From Planctomycetota bacterium (GTDB lineage Bacteria > Planctomycetota > Phycisphaerae > Phycisphaerales > UBA1924): a stretch of DNA of 64,000 nt. Both the position numbers and the translations under genes were made by a program. Within the stretch, counting starts at the first letter, position 1, and every line of letters begins with the position of its first letter. The DNA lies in contig JBCDJJ010000003.1 in assembly GCA_038747915.1 (NCBI GenBank), forward strand, positions 19,740 to 83,739. The letters are read 5' to 3'. Under the pieces are notes generated by a model. That model was not told the DNA's origin. It saw only the letters and a list, made by a program, of their open reading frames with translations, and searched no databases. Of the stretch, positions 37,406 to 47,147 are shown in pieces.

Positions 37406-38848
37406 ATGCCACCCAAAGCTATCTGCACCCACGAGGTCATCCGTGAGCGGCTCTACAACTCGCTTACGTCGAGCCCGGCGCCGGTCTTCTTCTTCGGTGA
37501 GAGCGCCATCCCCGGGCCGTCGATCTGGACCGCAGCGCGGAAGTGGGTGTCGATGTTCCGGCACCTCGGCGTGGCGCCGGGCGAGCGCGTCGTGCTCTCC
37601 CTTGATCCGGGGCCAGGGTTTCTCGCAGCACTCGTCGCTGGAATCTGGGAGGAGTTCACGCTCGTGCTCCCGGGCTTCGGTGATCGGCCGGAAGAAGTCG
37701 CCGACGAGACCAAGGCCCGCCTGATCCTCGACGAGGAGACCACCGCCGGGCGTCCGGGCACCGTCACGCAGATGCCCTTGTTCGTGACCGAACCCACTCC
37801 CGCTGCACGGTTTCTACTCCGATCGAGCGGCACGAGCGGTCGCTCGGACCGCTTCGTCGCGCTCTCGAACGAGAACATCCTGGCGGTGGCTGAGAGCCAC
37901 CAGTACGCCGTCCCGCCCGAGGGTAGCGTGGCGCTCTCGCTCCTCCCCTGGAACCACGCCTTCGGGCTGGTGCTCGAGCTGCTCCCGGCGCTCTGGTCGA
38001 CCACCATGTTCGTGCGCACACAGGATGCCGCGCGTGACCCAGCCATCGCGCTCGAATGGTCGAACAGGTTTGATGTCCGGTGGGCAAACATGGTGCCGCT
38101 GCAGGCGGCGCGGCTCGCCGCGTCATCGGGCGGGCTCGCATGGCTGCGTGGGCTCGACGGCGGCATCGTTGGTGGAGCGCCCGTCGATGGTGCGCTCGCC
38201 GATGTGCTCGCGACCACCAAGCTCCGTCCCGGGTACGGTCAGACCGAGGCATCACCGGGCATCACGCTCGGCGAGCCCGGCGAGTGGGGGGACCGGTGCA
38301 TCGGTCAGCCGGTCGGGTGCGAGACAGAGATCACACCAGATGGTGAACTCGTCGTGACGGGACCGAACGTCTGCCTTGGTGTGTGGGAACACGGGGCCCT
38401 GACCGAGTTCGATCCCAATCGCGCACTGCACACAGGCGATCTCGTCGAGCGTCTGCCCTCGGGCTCACTCGCCTTCGTGGGTCGGACCGATCATCGCTTC
38501 AAGCTGTCCAACGGCCGGTTGGTGGACGCACCGGCGCTCGAGCGCGACCTCGACGGCGTGGTGCTGCTGCCGGATGAGGGCGGCGCCGGCGTTGTCCTGG
38601 CCCTCGAGCCCGGGGCCGACGCCGGGCCCGATGTGCTGGAGTATCTCGGACGCATCCCAGCACGCACGATTCGGCTTGCCGAGGCGGCGCCCAGAACACG
38701 AAAGGGTGAGATCGATCGCCGAGCGCTCCAAGAGCGCATCCGATCCAACGACACACCACGGAGCACGCATGATCCCAGCGAGCACGCGTCCAACGACACG
38801 CCGGCCGATCTCGGTGACGCCACCATCGACTCACGCCGAGCCGCCTGA
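37406..38848 (+). CDS. pcl: AMP-dependent synthetase/ligase; candidate 4-coumarate-CoA ligase for PYP chromophore activation
   Basis: AMP-binding motif LLRSSGTSGRSDRFVALS. Position beside pyp and the ammonia-lyase mirrors pyp-pcl-tal clusters. Confidence 0.7.
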   Translation: MPPKAICTHEVIRERLYNSLTSSPAPVFFFGESAIPGPSIWTAARKWVSMFRHLGVAPGERVVLSLDPGPGFLAALVAGIWEEFTLVLPGFGDRPEEVADETKARLILDEETTAGRPGTVTQMPLFVTEPTPAARFLLRSSGTSGRSDRFVALSNENILAVAESHQYAVPPEGSVALSLLPWNHAFGLVLELLPALWSTTMFVRTQDAARDPAIALEWSNRFDVRWANMVPLQAARLAASSGGLAWLRGLDGGIVGGAPVDGALADVLATTKLRPGYGQTEASPGITLGEPGEWGDRCIGQPVGCETEITPDGELVVTGPNVCLGVWEHGALTEFDPNRALHTGDLVERLPSGSLAFVGRTDHRFKLSNGRLVDAPALERDLDGVVLLPDEGGAGVVLALEPGADAGPDVLEYLGRIPARTIRLAEAAPRTRKGEIDRRALQERIRSNDTPRSTHDPSEHASNDTPADLGDATIDSRRAA

Positions 38849-40358
38849 AGATGGCCTGCTCCAGCTCGGCCCGGATCACAGGCTGTACCCCGAGGATGTC
38901 GTCGCGGCGTCGTACCAAGCTCGACCGGCGCTCTGTCTAAGCGAGGCAGCAACCCAGGCGATCATCAGCGCGCACGCGGCGCTCGAACGGCTGGTCGAGC
39001 AGGGTCGCGAGATCTACGGCCTCACGACTGGCTTTGGACCCTTCGTCGCGTGCCGTGCCTCGACCGATCCAAGCCGCCAGGGGCTCGGGCTGATCAATCA
39101 CCTCGCCTCGGGGTGGGGTGACCCGGCACCAGCCGAGATCGTTCGAGCCGCGATGATTCTCCGTGCCCAGACCGTCGCGCAAGGCTTCTCTGGCATCGAG
39201 CCGAGGGTCGCTGAGGCGTTCGTCGAGCTGATCACAGCCGGTGTGGCGCCGGCGGTCCCGGAGATCGGGAGCGTTGGCGCGTCGGGCGACCTCATCCCCC
39301 TCGCCCACGTCGTGCAGTGCCTGGCGGGTCGTGGCGAGGCGCTCGATGCCGAGGATGCACTCGTCCCAGCGGCGAAGGCCCTTGCCAGTGCTGGGCTCGA
39401 ACCGACCGAACTCGGCGCCCGCGATGCGCTCTCGCTCGTCAACGGCACCGCGTTCATGACCGCCTACGCGGTCCACGCACTGATCGCTGCGGAACGGGTG
39501 CTCGATCGCGCCGAAGAACTCACCGCGTGGATCTACCGCCTCTTCGCCGCCCGAACCCAACCGCTCGACGACCGCTTGCACTCGGCCCGCGGGCACGCCG
39601 GGCAGCGCGCCGCTGCAGCACGGATCACCGGGCACATCGATGCGCACGGCGGCGTCGTCCCCGATGAGCACAGACCGCTCCAAGAGGTGTATTCCGTGCG
39701 GTGCGCACCCCAGTGGCTGGGCGCGGCCCGCGAGCAGTTGGCCCACGCACGCCGACTCATCGAGGTCGAGATCAACGGTATCTCAGACAACCCGGTGGTC
39801 ATCGCTGCGAACCACGCGCACGGCACGTCCGACGATGTGATCCATGGCGGCAACTTCCAGGGCACGCAGATCGCCTTCGCCACCGACGCGATCAACACCG
39901 CGCTGGTGCATACCGCGTTGCTCGCCGAGCGCCAGATCGACGTGCTGAGCAATCCCGAACTCAATATGGGCGCGCCGCTCCTGCTTGCCCGAGAGCCCGG
40001 GCCTGATGCGGGCATCGCGGGCGTACAGATCACCGCCACGGCGCTCGTCGCCGAGATGCGGCTCGGCGCGCAGCCCGCAGCGATCGCCTCGATCCCGACC
40101 AACGGGCGAAACCAGGATGTGGTCAGCATGGGCACCGTCGCGGCACGGAACGCGCACGCACAGGTCGATCGGGCAGCCGGCGTGCTCGCTGCGTGCGCAC
40201 TCGCCGCCGCGCAGCTCGACCATCGCCGACGCACAGGGCTCGCACCCGGCCCGTCGGCCGATGGGCCACGCTGGGCCGAGGTCTACACGCCGTTCGAGGC
40301 CGATCGTCCAACGCGTCGAGACCTCCAGAGGCTGTCCCAAGCGATCCTGACCGATTGA
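38769..40358 (+). CDS. tal: Aromatic amino-acid ammonia-lyase (HAL/TAL family); candidate tyrosine ammonia-lyase
   Basis: MIO-forming triad GSVGASGDLIPLAHV, plus IYGLTTGFG and NGTAFMTAYA. Start uncertain: an in-frame GTG at 38816 is an alternative, and the ORF overlaps the pcl 3' end. Confidence 0.8.
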   Translation: MIPASTRPTTRRPISVTPPSTHAEPPEDGLLQLGPDHRLYPEDVVAASYQARPALCLSEAATQAIISAHAALERLVEQGREIYGLTTGFGPFVACRASTDPSRQGLGLINHLASGWGDPAPAEIVRAAMILRAQTVAQGFSGIEPRVAEAFVELITAGVAPAVPEIGSVGASGDLIPLAHVVQCLAGRGEALDAEDALVPAAKALASAGLEPTELGARDALSLVNGTAFMTAYAVHALIAAERVLDRAEELTAWIYRLFAARTQPLDDRLHSARGHAGQRAAAARITGHIDAHGGVVPDEHRPLQEVYSVRCAPQWLGAAREQLAHARRLIEVEINGISDNPVVIAANHAHGTSDDVIHGGNFQGTQIAFATDAINTALVHTALLAERQIDVLSNPELNMGAPLLLAREPGPDAGIAGVQITATALVAEMRLGAQPAAIASIPTNGRNQDVVSMGTVAARNAHAQVDRAAGVLAACALAAAQLDHRRRTGLAPGPSADGPRWAEVYTPFEADRPTRRDLQRLSQAILTD

Positions 40359-40409
40359 CCAACCGGGAAGCTGTGAATCCACCGAGAAACCGTCACGAAG
40401 TATATCAAT

Positions 40410-41258
40410 ATGATATACTTGGATACGAAGAATGTCCGGCCACGGCCTGTAATCCTTGTTCTGTGGATGGCCTTCGCTATCCCCCTCGCAGTGGGGGGCT
40501 GCCTCGGCCCACGGCTGTCAGGAGGACCGGCGTTGGAGCCAAGCGATGATCCCGCCTCGTTCATGTCGCCGACTCGCGTGATCGATTCTGATGCTCCGGT
40601 GATTCGCGAGACGGCCGCGTCGATTGTTGAAGGCCTCGAGTCGGATATCGAGCGTGCTGTGGCGATCCATGACTTCGTGCGCGATGAGATCGACTTTGGT
40701 TGGCAAGTGTCTTTTTATGAGAGCAGAGCGAGTGAGGTACTTCAGGCCGGGATTGGGTACTGCAACACCAAGTCGACCCTGTTCATTGCGTTGCTGCGTT
40801 CTCAGGGGATTCCTGCGCGACACATGTTTGTTGACCTTGATTCGAAGCTCCTCGCGGGGGTAGTCAATCCGGGTACGCCGTACGTGGACCACTCCTACGC
40901 AGAGGTGTATCTGAATGGCGAGTGGATACGGACCGACAGCTATGTGGTTGATCGGCCGCTCTTTGACGCCGCCCAGAAGCGCCTTGAAGCAGAGGGTCGG
41001 CTCATTGGATACGGCGTCCATGCGAACGGAACCATCGACTGGTCTGGTACTGCGGACGCGTTTAGCCAGTTCGTCGATGATGGATCGAGTCCTCACTTCA
41101 CAACACGGTCGTACGGGATTCATAGCGATGTGATCTCTTTCTACAGAGACGAACCAGACACCTGGAACGAACTCAGCCTCGGCATGCGAGTGCTCATGCG
41201 GGTCGCAGCGCCGCAAGCAAATCGTGCTGCAGACCGGCTTCGAACCGAGGGAGGCTGA
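40410..41258 (+). CDS. Transglutaminase-like domain lipoprotein
   Basis: Lipobox LAVGGC. Transglutaminase core GYCNTKSTLFIALLRSQGIPARHMFV. Confidence 0.7.
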   Translation: MIYLDTKNVRPRPVILVLWMAFAIPLAVGGCLGPRLSGGPALEPSDDPASFMSPTRVIDSDAPVIRETAASIVEGLESDIERAVAIHDFVRDEIDFGWQVSFYESRASEVLQAGIGYCNTKSTLFIALLRSQGIPARHMFVDLDSKLLAGVVNPGTPYVDHSYAEVYLNGEWIRTDSYVVDRPLFDAAQKRLEAEGRLIGYGVHANGTIDWSGTADAFSQFVDDGSSPHFTTRSYGIHSDVISFYRDEPDTWNELSLGMRVLMRVAAPQANRAADRLRTEGG

Positions 41259-41262
41259 GTCG

Positions 41263-41727
41263 ATGTTGTCGAATTCATCGCGGGTCGCTGCCGCGGGACC
41301 GAACCGTGACTTCCGGCACTCGACGAGAACGTCCGCTTCTGCTGCTGCGATATGGCGTGTCTGGACCGAGGTAGGACGGTGGCCGTTCTGGGATCCGGAG
41401 ATCGTCGCGGCCGAGCTTGATGGAGCCTTTACTTGTGGAGTGACGGGGACGCTGAAACCTCGCGTCGGCCGGAAGAGCCGGTTTCGTATCACAGCTATTG
41501 AGTCTGGTCGATCCTACACGCTCGCGATGCGAATCCCCTTCGGGTCCTTGATCATGGAGCGTTCGATCGATTCTGAGTCACCGACGGTGTTCACGCACCG
41601 TGTCAGATTCGACGGACTGTCGTCGCCCCTCTTCGCGGCGCTGCTCGGCCCGAACTTCCGGCGTGTTCTGCCAGGGGTCATGGATAACGTCGCGATGCTC
41701 GCCGAGGGCCGTATCCTTCATCAGTGA
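41263..41727 (+). CDS. Hypothetical protein (possible SRPBCC fold)
   Basis: About 155 aa. Weak resemblance to polyketide-cyclase/AHSA1-like proteins. Start chosen at the second Met to avoid overlap. Confidence 0.35.
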   Translation: MLSNSSRVAAAGPNRDFRHSTRTSASAAAIWRVWTEVGRWPFWDPEIVAAELDGAFTCGVTGTLKPRVGRKSRFRITAIESGRSYTLAMRIPFGSLIMERSIDSESPTVFTHRVRFDGLSSPLFAALLGPNFRRVLPGVMDNVAMLAEGRILHQ

Positions 41728-41729
41728 TA

Positions 41730-42272
41730 TCAGCCCCCAAGCCTCGCGAGCATGTCGTCGCACCATTGGATCGTTGCGCGGCAGAGGCGATCACCAAGTT
41801 CCGCGGTCATCAGCCGTTGCGCAGCAGAAAAAGCTGAGGCATCTTCGGTCCTGAGCCGGTGCTGAATCGACTGTAGACGATCCAGGCCCTCAATATGATG
41901 CTCTCGATACGCTCGAATATGGCTGACGAGCGAGTCGCGATCTTGGTGGCCGCCAAAGAAGATCTTCATGGCGAATTCGTTGCGGGTCAGAGTCGGCGCG
42001 AAGTCCTGTGCAAGCCAGTCGCGGAGGTGCTCGAGACCGCGTGCTGTCGGCTTCATGACTCTTCGCGAGGGATGATCGCCATCCGACCCCGCCTGTTCCC
42101 GAATCAGTCCTTCTCCCTCGAGACGATGGAGCGTGGGGTAGATCGATCCAAAGCTCTCATTCCAGAACATTCCAACTGAACTCTGGATTCGCTCGCGTAG
42201 GTCGTAGCCGGACATCGGCTCGATAGAGAGCCAGCCGAGGATCGCATATCTGGTCGCAGATGGCCGCGGCAT
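41730..42272 (-). CDS. PadR family transcriptional regulator
   Basis: TRYAILGWLSIEPMSGYDLRERIQ...SIYPTLHRLEGEGLI winged helix. Confidence 0.8.
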   Translation of the reverse strand: MPRPSATRYAILGWLSIEPMSGYDLRERIQSSVGMFWNESFGSIYPTLHRLEGEGLIREQAGSDGDHPSRRVMKPTARGLEHLRDWLAQDFAPTLTRNEFAMKIFFGGHQDRDSLVSHIRAYREHHIEGLDRLQSIQHRLRTEDASAFSAAQRLMTAELGDRLCRATIQWCDDMLARLGG

Positions 42273-42408
42273 CTGCTGATGATATGAAGTGAGCTGTGCT
42301 TCATGGCCGTGTGTTCTTGTGCCCCCGCGTCAAGTACGCGCTCAATATGGGCCAAACAGAGGAACGACCCACAAGAAGGACCCGACTTGTCGGGCTCTTC
42401 CACGCCGC

Positions 42409-45099
42409 TTACGACTCAGCGCTTTGCACCGGTTCAGAATCAGTGAGAAGCGCCGGCGATGCCGCCGGCACGCCGGCTCGCCCATCACGTCGTTCGATGC
42501 CGAGTGTCCCGAGGTGATCGTGCCACGCCTGCTCGTGTACCTGCCAGAAGTGCTCGAAGCTATTGGCGATATCGAAGTGTTCCATCGAGTGCGATGCATC
42601 CGCGCCCATCTGCCGGCGGAGTTCATGGTCGCAGATCAGCGTCGTGAGCCGATCGACCCACGCCGACGAGTCGTCCGGCCGCAGCACATGGCCCGTCTCG
42701 CCGTCGCGGACGACCTCCTTCGGGCCACCGATGTCCGAAACGAGCACCGGCAGCCCAGAACTCTGGCTCTCCATCACCACCTGCCCGAGCGTGTCCGTCG
42801 TCGAGGGGAACACGAAGAGGTCGGCCGAGGCGTAGAGCGTGCTCAGCTCCTGCCCGAGCCGGAAGCCGAGGAAGTGCGCATCCTTGCCCTTGAGTTCCTG
42901 CTCCATCCGCTTGCGGTAGGGGCCATCGCCGACCACCACGAGATCCGCATCTACTCCGCGACGACGAAGCTCGGCGTGTACCTTCTTCCACACGTTCACA
43001 AGCAGCGGGATGTTCTTCTCCACGCTCACACGGCCGACGTACAGCACCTTCACCGACTCGCGCGCGATCCCACGGTGACCCTCCGCTGCGATCTTCTCCC
43101 ATACCGTCTCATCGCGGAAGCCCCGATTGAACTTGCTGGTCTCGAGACCGGGCATCAGCCGCACGATCCGCTCGCGTGGCATGCCGAGCTTCGCGAGCGC
43201 CTGCACGTAGTCGTGCGAGCGCGTGAAGATCGCCGAGAACGGGTCGTAGAAGAACTTCATGTACGCCTCGCACATCTTGGTGAAGGCGTGATCATCGAAC
43301 AGGCGGTCGACGTAGGCCGGGAAGTCGGTGTGGTACACACCCAGCACCGGCACCCGGAGCATCTTCGCCGCGACAAAGCCGCACAGCCCGACCGGGCCGG
43401 GTGTCGAGATATGGATCACATCCGGCTGATGCTTGTCGATGTGCCGGAGGATCTTCATGATCGGGGGCAGCACGATCTCCAGATGCTCGTACTTCGGCAT
43501 CTTGGTCGAGAACACCGGCTCGAGGTTGAAGATATTGCTCCACGGCGGCACCTCGAACCCGGTCGACGTGATCACCTGCAGGTCGCGACCCGTCGTGAGC
43601 GCACGGTGGGCCACGTTCTGGATGAACCGGCACACGCCGTTCACATCACCGAGGGTGTCAGTGAACAGGCTCACACGCATCGGGCGTTCGAGCACACTCA
43701 CGCCCGTGCCGGGCTCGGCAGTTTCGTGCTCGAGCTTCTCGAGCATGTTCCGCTCCTTGTTCTGATAGAAGAGGCTGAACAAGTACGGCAACTGCGCCGC
43801 GTGTACCACAAGGTAGCTCAGCAGGTGATCGACGATCTGCACCTTGTTCCGATTCCGGAGCGACCGCACCGCGCCCGAGGCCATCGCCTCGTTGATCGCC
43901 GAGCACAGGTCGTCCACGAAGGCCGCCATCTCATCGTGCTGACTGAGCGGTGCACCGGTATCCCACATCGCCGGATCGAGCCGGTCTTTCAGATTCGGGT
44001 ACTTCTCGAGCACCGGACCAAGATGTGCCTTGAGCGATGCGAGCACCGGGAGTGGCTTCTTGCGCCGGGGGTTGAGCCGCCGCTTGAGCTCGCCGGCGGC
44101 CAGCGCCACCTTGCTCGGCGGCGGGATCACCGCGCCCGCGAACCGCGCCATCTTCGCCGCGAGATAGTGCAGCCGCGGCTCCGGGAACCGAGGCTGCCGC
44201 TGGGCCACAAAGTGGGCCGTCACCGTCGCGAGCTGGTGCGCGAGCAGCGATGCGTGGCCCGCCCGCCCGCCAACCACCGCCCGCCCGCTCATCACCCGCC
44301 GAAGAAACTCGTCCGGCGAGATCACCTTGCTCTTGTGATCACCCACCACGCCGGTCCACGTCCGCCCGATGTTCAGCAGGCCGTGGTCGTCCGAGCCCGC
44401 GGTGGTCGCTTTGTGCCATGCCCGGTTCCAGAGTGGCTCGATCCTGTGCTGCTCACCCAGCTGCTGAAGCCGCGCGGGCGTGAGCGAGTCGATGTACCGC
44501 TCGACCACGCGGCGGTGCGTCGACGCGTGCGCACCGTTGAGCACCTCCCACCCCTTGAACAGCAGCGCGCACCGCTCCAGGTGCCACGCGCGGAGCTTGC
44601 CGTTCTGTACATACAGCGGGTGGGCGAACGCGTGCGCAATCTGGTGCTCCGCCAGCCACGCTGCAAAGTGATACACGTCCTCCCGGAGGCCGAGTGACTC
44701 GAGCTCATCGTGCAGATCCGGCGTGATACCCCACACCGTCACGTGCAGCTTGCACCGATCCTCGGGGAAGAAGACCGTCACTTCCTCTCCGAGGATGAAG
44801 TCCTGGAAGCCGCGCTCCACGAGTTCGATCCCGCCGGAGATCTGGTCGTGGTCGGTGATCGTCACCAGATCCATCCCCCGCGCCTTGGCCTGGTCGTAGA
44901 CCTTCTCAGGCGGGGAATAGCACTCATGCATATCGGAAAACAGGAGTCCGACCGCGCGATTCACCGGCTCGTTCGACGCGTAGGAGTGACAGTGCATGTC
45001 CATCCGCGTCAGACCGGTCGGGAAATCGCCCGGTTCGACTACGCCCAGCTCGTCAAGAGCCGCCCTCGGTCGGTTCAGATTCCAGTTTGCGTGCGGCAT
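42409..45099 (-). CDS. PHP-domain / glycosyltransferase family 4 fusion protein
   Basis: N-terminal PHP motif MDMHCHSYASNEP...ITDHD. C-terminal GT4: VLYVGRVSVEKNIPLL...FVFPSTTDTLGQVVMESQSSGLPVLVSDIGG. Confidence 0.7.
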   Translation of the reverse strand: MPHANWNLNRPRAALDELGVVEPGDFPTGLTRMDMHCHSYASNEPVNRAVGLLFSDMHECYSPPEKVYDQAKARGMDLVTITDHDQISGGIELVERGFQDFILGEEVTVFFPEDRCKLHVTVWGITPDLHDELESLGLREDVYHFAAWLAEHQIAHAFAHPLYVQNGKLRAWHLERCALLFKGWEVLNGAHASTHRRVVERYIDSLTPARLQQLGEQHRIEPLWNRAWHKATTAGSDDHGLLNIGRTWTGVVGDHKSKVISPDEFLRRVMSGRAVVGGRAGHASLLAHQLATVTAHFVAQRQPRFPEPRLHYLAAKMARFAGAVIPPPSKVALAAGELKRRLNPRRKKPLPVLASLKAHLGPVLEKYPNLKDRLDPAMWDTGAPLSQHDEMAAFVDDLCSAINEAMASGAVRSLRNRNKVQIVDHLLSYLVVHAAQLPYLFSLFYQNKERNMLEKLEHETAEPGTGVSVLERPMRVSLFTDTLGDVNGVCRFIQNVAHRALTTGRDLQVITSTGFEVPPWSNIFNLEPVFSTKMPKYEHLEIVLPPIMKILRHIDKHQPDVIHISTPGPVGLCGFVAAKMLRVPVLGVYHTDFPAYVDRLFDDHAFTKMCEAYMKFFYDPFSAIFTRSHDYVQALAKLGMPRERIVRLMPGLETSKFNRGFRDETVWEKIAAEGHRGIARESVKVLYVGRVSVEKNIPLLVNVWKKVHAELRRRGVDADLVVVGDGPYRKRMEQELKGKDAHFLGFRLGQELSTLYASADLFVFPSTTDTLGQVVMESQSSGLPVLVSDIGGPKEVVRDGETGHVLRPDDSSAWVDRLTTLICDHELRRQMGADASHSMEHFDIANSFEHFWQVHEQAWHDHLGTLGIERRDGRAGVPAASPALLTDSEPVQSAES

Positions 45100-45227
45100 A
45101 TCACTCTCGGGAATAGGCAGCGACGAGGAAGTGTTGGTAGACCGATCGGTTTAGTTGGGATCGGCCCGGTGTTCGGCGTCCGGTCCACTGTATTCTCAAA
45201 CCCCGGATCCTTGCCAAGGAGACTCCC

Positions 45228-45764
45228 ATGCCACGTCTGCCCGTTGTCGACCCCGCCACCGCCACCGGCCCCGTCAAAGAGATCTTCGACGGCCCGCTCA
45301 AGGGCATGCACATCAACTTGTTCAAGGGCATGGCCAACAGCCCGACCGGCCTCAAGGCCTATCTCGGTCTCGCCGAGGCGCTCGCGGCCGGTTCGCTGAG
45401 TGACAAGGAAAAAGAAACCATCGCCCTCGTCATTGGTGAGGCCAACAGCTGCGATTATTGCGTTGCGGCCCACACCATGCTGGGCAAGAAGGCCGGTCTC
45501 ACCGAAGACCAGACCGTCGCCGCCCGCAAGGGTGAACTGAGCGACGATGCGAAACTGGCAGAACTCGTGAACTTCACACGGGCCATCGTCGAGAAAAAAG
45601 GCTTCGTCGACGAGGCAGATGTCGACGCTTTCAAGTCGGTTGGGTACTCCGATGCGAACATCGTCGAGGTCGTCGTGACGTTCACGCTGAATACCTACAC
45701 CAATTACTTCAACCACCTCAACGCGACCGAGGTTGATTTCCCGGCCGTCCCCGCCCTCGCGTAA
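45228..45764 (+). CDS. Carboxymuconolactone decarboxylase/AhpD-like family protein
   Basis: CxxC-like core NSCDYCVAAHT. Confidence 0.75.
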   Translation: MPRLPVVDPATATGPVKEIFDGPLKGMHINLFKGMANSPTGLKAYLGLAEALAAGSLSDKEKETIALVIGEANSCDYCVAAHTMLGKKAGLTEDQTVAARKGELSDDAKLAELVNFTRAIVEKKGFVDEADVDAFKSVGYSDANIVEVVVTFTLNTYTNYFNHLNATEVDFPAVPALA

Positions 45765-45851
45765 ATCGTCAGATCTTCACGCACACCGTCTGAGCCCGGA
45801 GGCCCACGCCTCCGGGCGGTGCTGCGCGCACACCCGGGTACAGTGCATCGT

Positions 45852-46415
45852 ATGACGACGCGCACCGCGCACATCGCCTGCTACTCCGGGTCGTTCGATC
45901 CGCCCACGCTGGGCCACCTCGATGTGATCCGCCGCGGACGCCGCATTTTCGACGAGATCGTCGTCGCGATCGGGCAGAACCCCGCGAAGTCCACGCTGTT
46001 CTCAGCCGACGAGCGGCAGGCCCTGATGCAGACGCTCGTCTCCGAGATCGAGGCCGAGGAGCCCGGTGAGGGTCTCACACGTGTCGAGCGGTTCGACGGG
46101 CTGACCGTCGAGTTTGCGCGCGCCCAGGGTGCCTCGGTCCTGCTCCGCGGCGTCCGAAACCTCTCCGATCTCACCAACGAGCTGCAGATGGCGACCACCA
46201 ACGAGCGCGTCGGCGGGATGGAAACGGTGTTCGTGGGTGCGGGTGGTGACTTCGCCTATATCTCGTCCACGCTCATCCGCCAGATCACCGCCATGGCGGA
46301 CGATCTCGCCAAGCTCGAGGCGTTGTGCCCGCCACTCGTTATCGAGGCCCTGCGTGCCAAGAAAGCTGCGAATCACGAGCTCCTCCGCGATCTGCTGGAT
46401 GGTGCGAGCGGGTGA
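45852..46415 (+). CDS. coaD: Pantetheine-phosphate adenylyltransferase
   Basis: AHIACYSGSFDPPTLGHLDVIRRG (T/HxGH nucleotidyltransferase motif) and ISSTLIRQ. Confidence 0.85.
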   Translation: MTTRTAHIACYSGSFDPPTLGHLDVIRRGRRIFDEIVVAIGQNPAKSTLFSADERQALMQTLVSEIEAEEPGEGLTRVERFDGLTVEFARAQGASVLLRGVRNLSDLTNELQMATTNERVGGMETVFVGAGGDFAYISSTLIRQITAMADDLAKLEALCPPLVIEALRAKKAANHELLRDLLDGASG

Positions 46416-46442
46416 ATACACCGCCGGTATAGGCTCGCGTCC

Positions 46443-47126
46443 ATGCTCGACGTCCGCGTGATCAGCATCGGCGCTCTGGACGCCCACCCCGAGTGGGGCG
46501 AGGGCAATCCAGTGCGCACCGCGCACGCCACCACCACGCTCGTGCGCTCGGGTGATCGCATCATCCTGGTTGATCCGGCCCTCCCGCCGCAGATCCTGGC
46601 AGCGAGGCTCGGTGAACGGGCCGGCCTCGAAGCCGGCGCGGTCACCGACGTGTTCCTCACCTGTTTCCGCCCTGATGTCCGCCGCGGACTGGAAGCCTTC
46701 GACGGCGCCAACTGGCTGGTGAGCGAGGCCGAGCGGGAATCGGTCGGCGTGTCCATGGTCCAGGCCTATCAGCGGGCCGAGGAGGCAGCCGACACCGAGC
46801 TCGCCGATCAGCTCAAACGGGATATCGGGCTTCTCCACCGATGCACCGCCGCGCCCGATCGCCTCGCCGACCACATCGACCTCTTCCCGCTGCCCGGTGT
46901 CACGCCGGGTCTGTGCGGCCTGCTCATCGCTGAGCGCCGACGGACGGTGCTGGTGACCGGCGATGCGGTGGCCACTCTCGAACATCTCGAGGCGGGGCGC
47001 GTGGTCCGGTGGGCCGCAGATGTCGAGCGGGCCCGAGAATCGTTCGCGGAGGCGGTGGAGATCGCCGATGTGCTGGTGCCCGGTCGCGACAACGTGCTGA
47101 TCAACCCGACCCGTGGTGCGTTCTGA
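46443..47126 (+). CDS. Hypothetical protein (possible MBL-fold)
   Basis: 227 aa. Only weak MBL-like features. Uncertain. Confidence 0.35.
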   Translation: MLDVRVISIGALDAHPEWGEGNPVRTAHATTTLVRSGDRIILVDPALPPQILAARLGERAGLEAGAVTDVFLTCFRPDVRRGLEAFDGANWLVSEAERESVGVSMVQAYQRAEEAADTELADQLKRDIGLLHRCTAAPDRLADHIDLFPLPGVTPGLCGLLIAERRRTVLVTGDAVATLEHLEAGRVVRWAADVERARESFAEAVEIADVLVPGRDNVLINPTRGAF

Positions 47127-47147
47127 TACGAAAGGCGCGGAGGAGCC

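Noticed and set aside
38937-40234. Minus-strand ORFs inside tal
   Set aside because: Antisense to the ammonia-lyase, which has the MIO ASG motif.
42289-44697. 802-aa plus-strand ORF
   Set aside because: Antisense to the PHP/GT4 fusion gene. Arg/His-rich, with no motifs.
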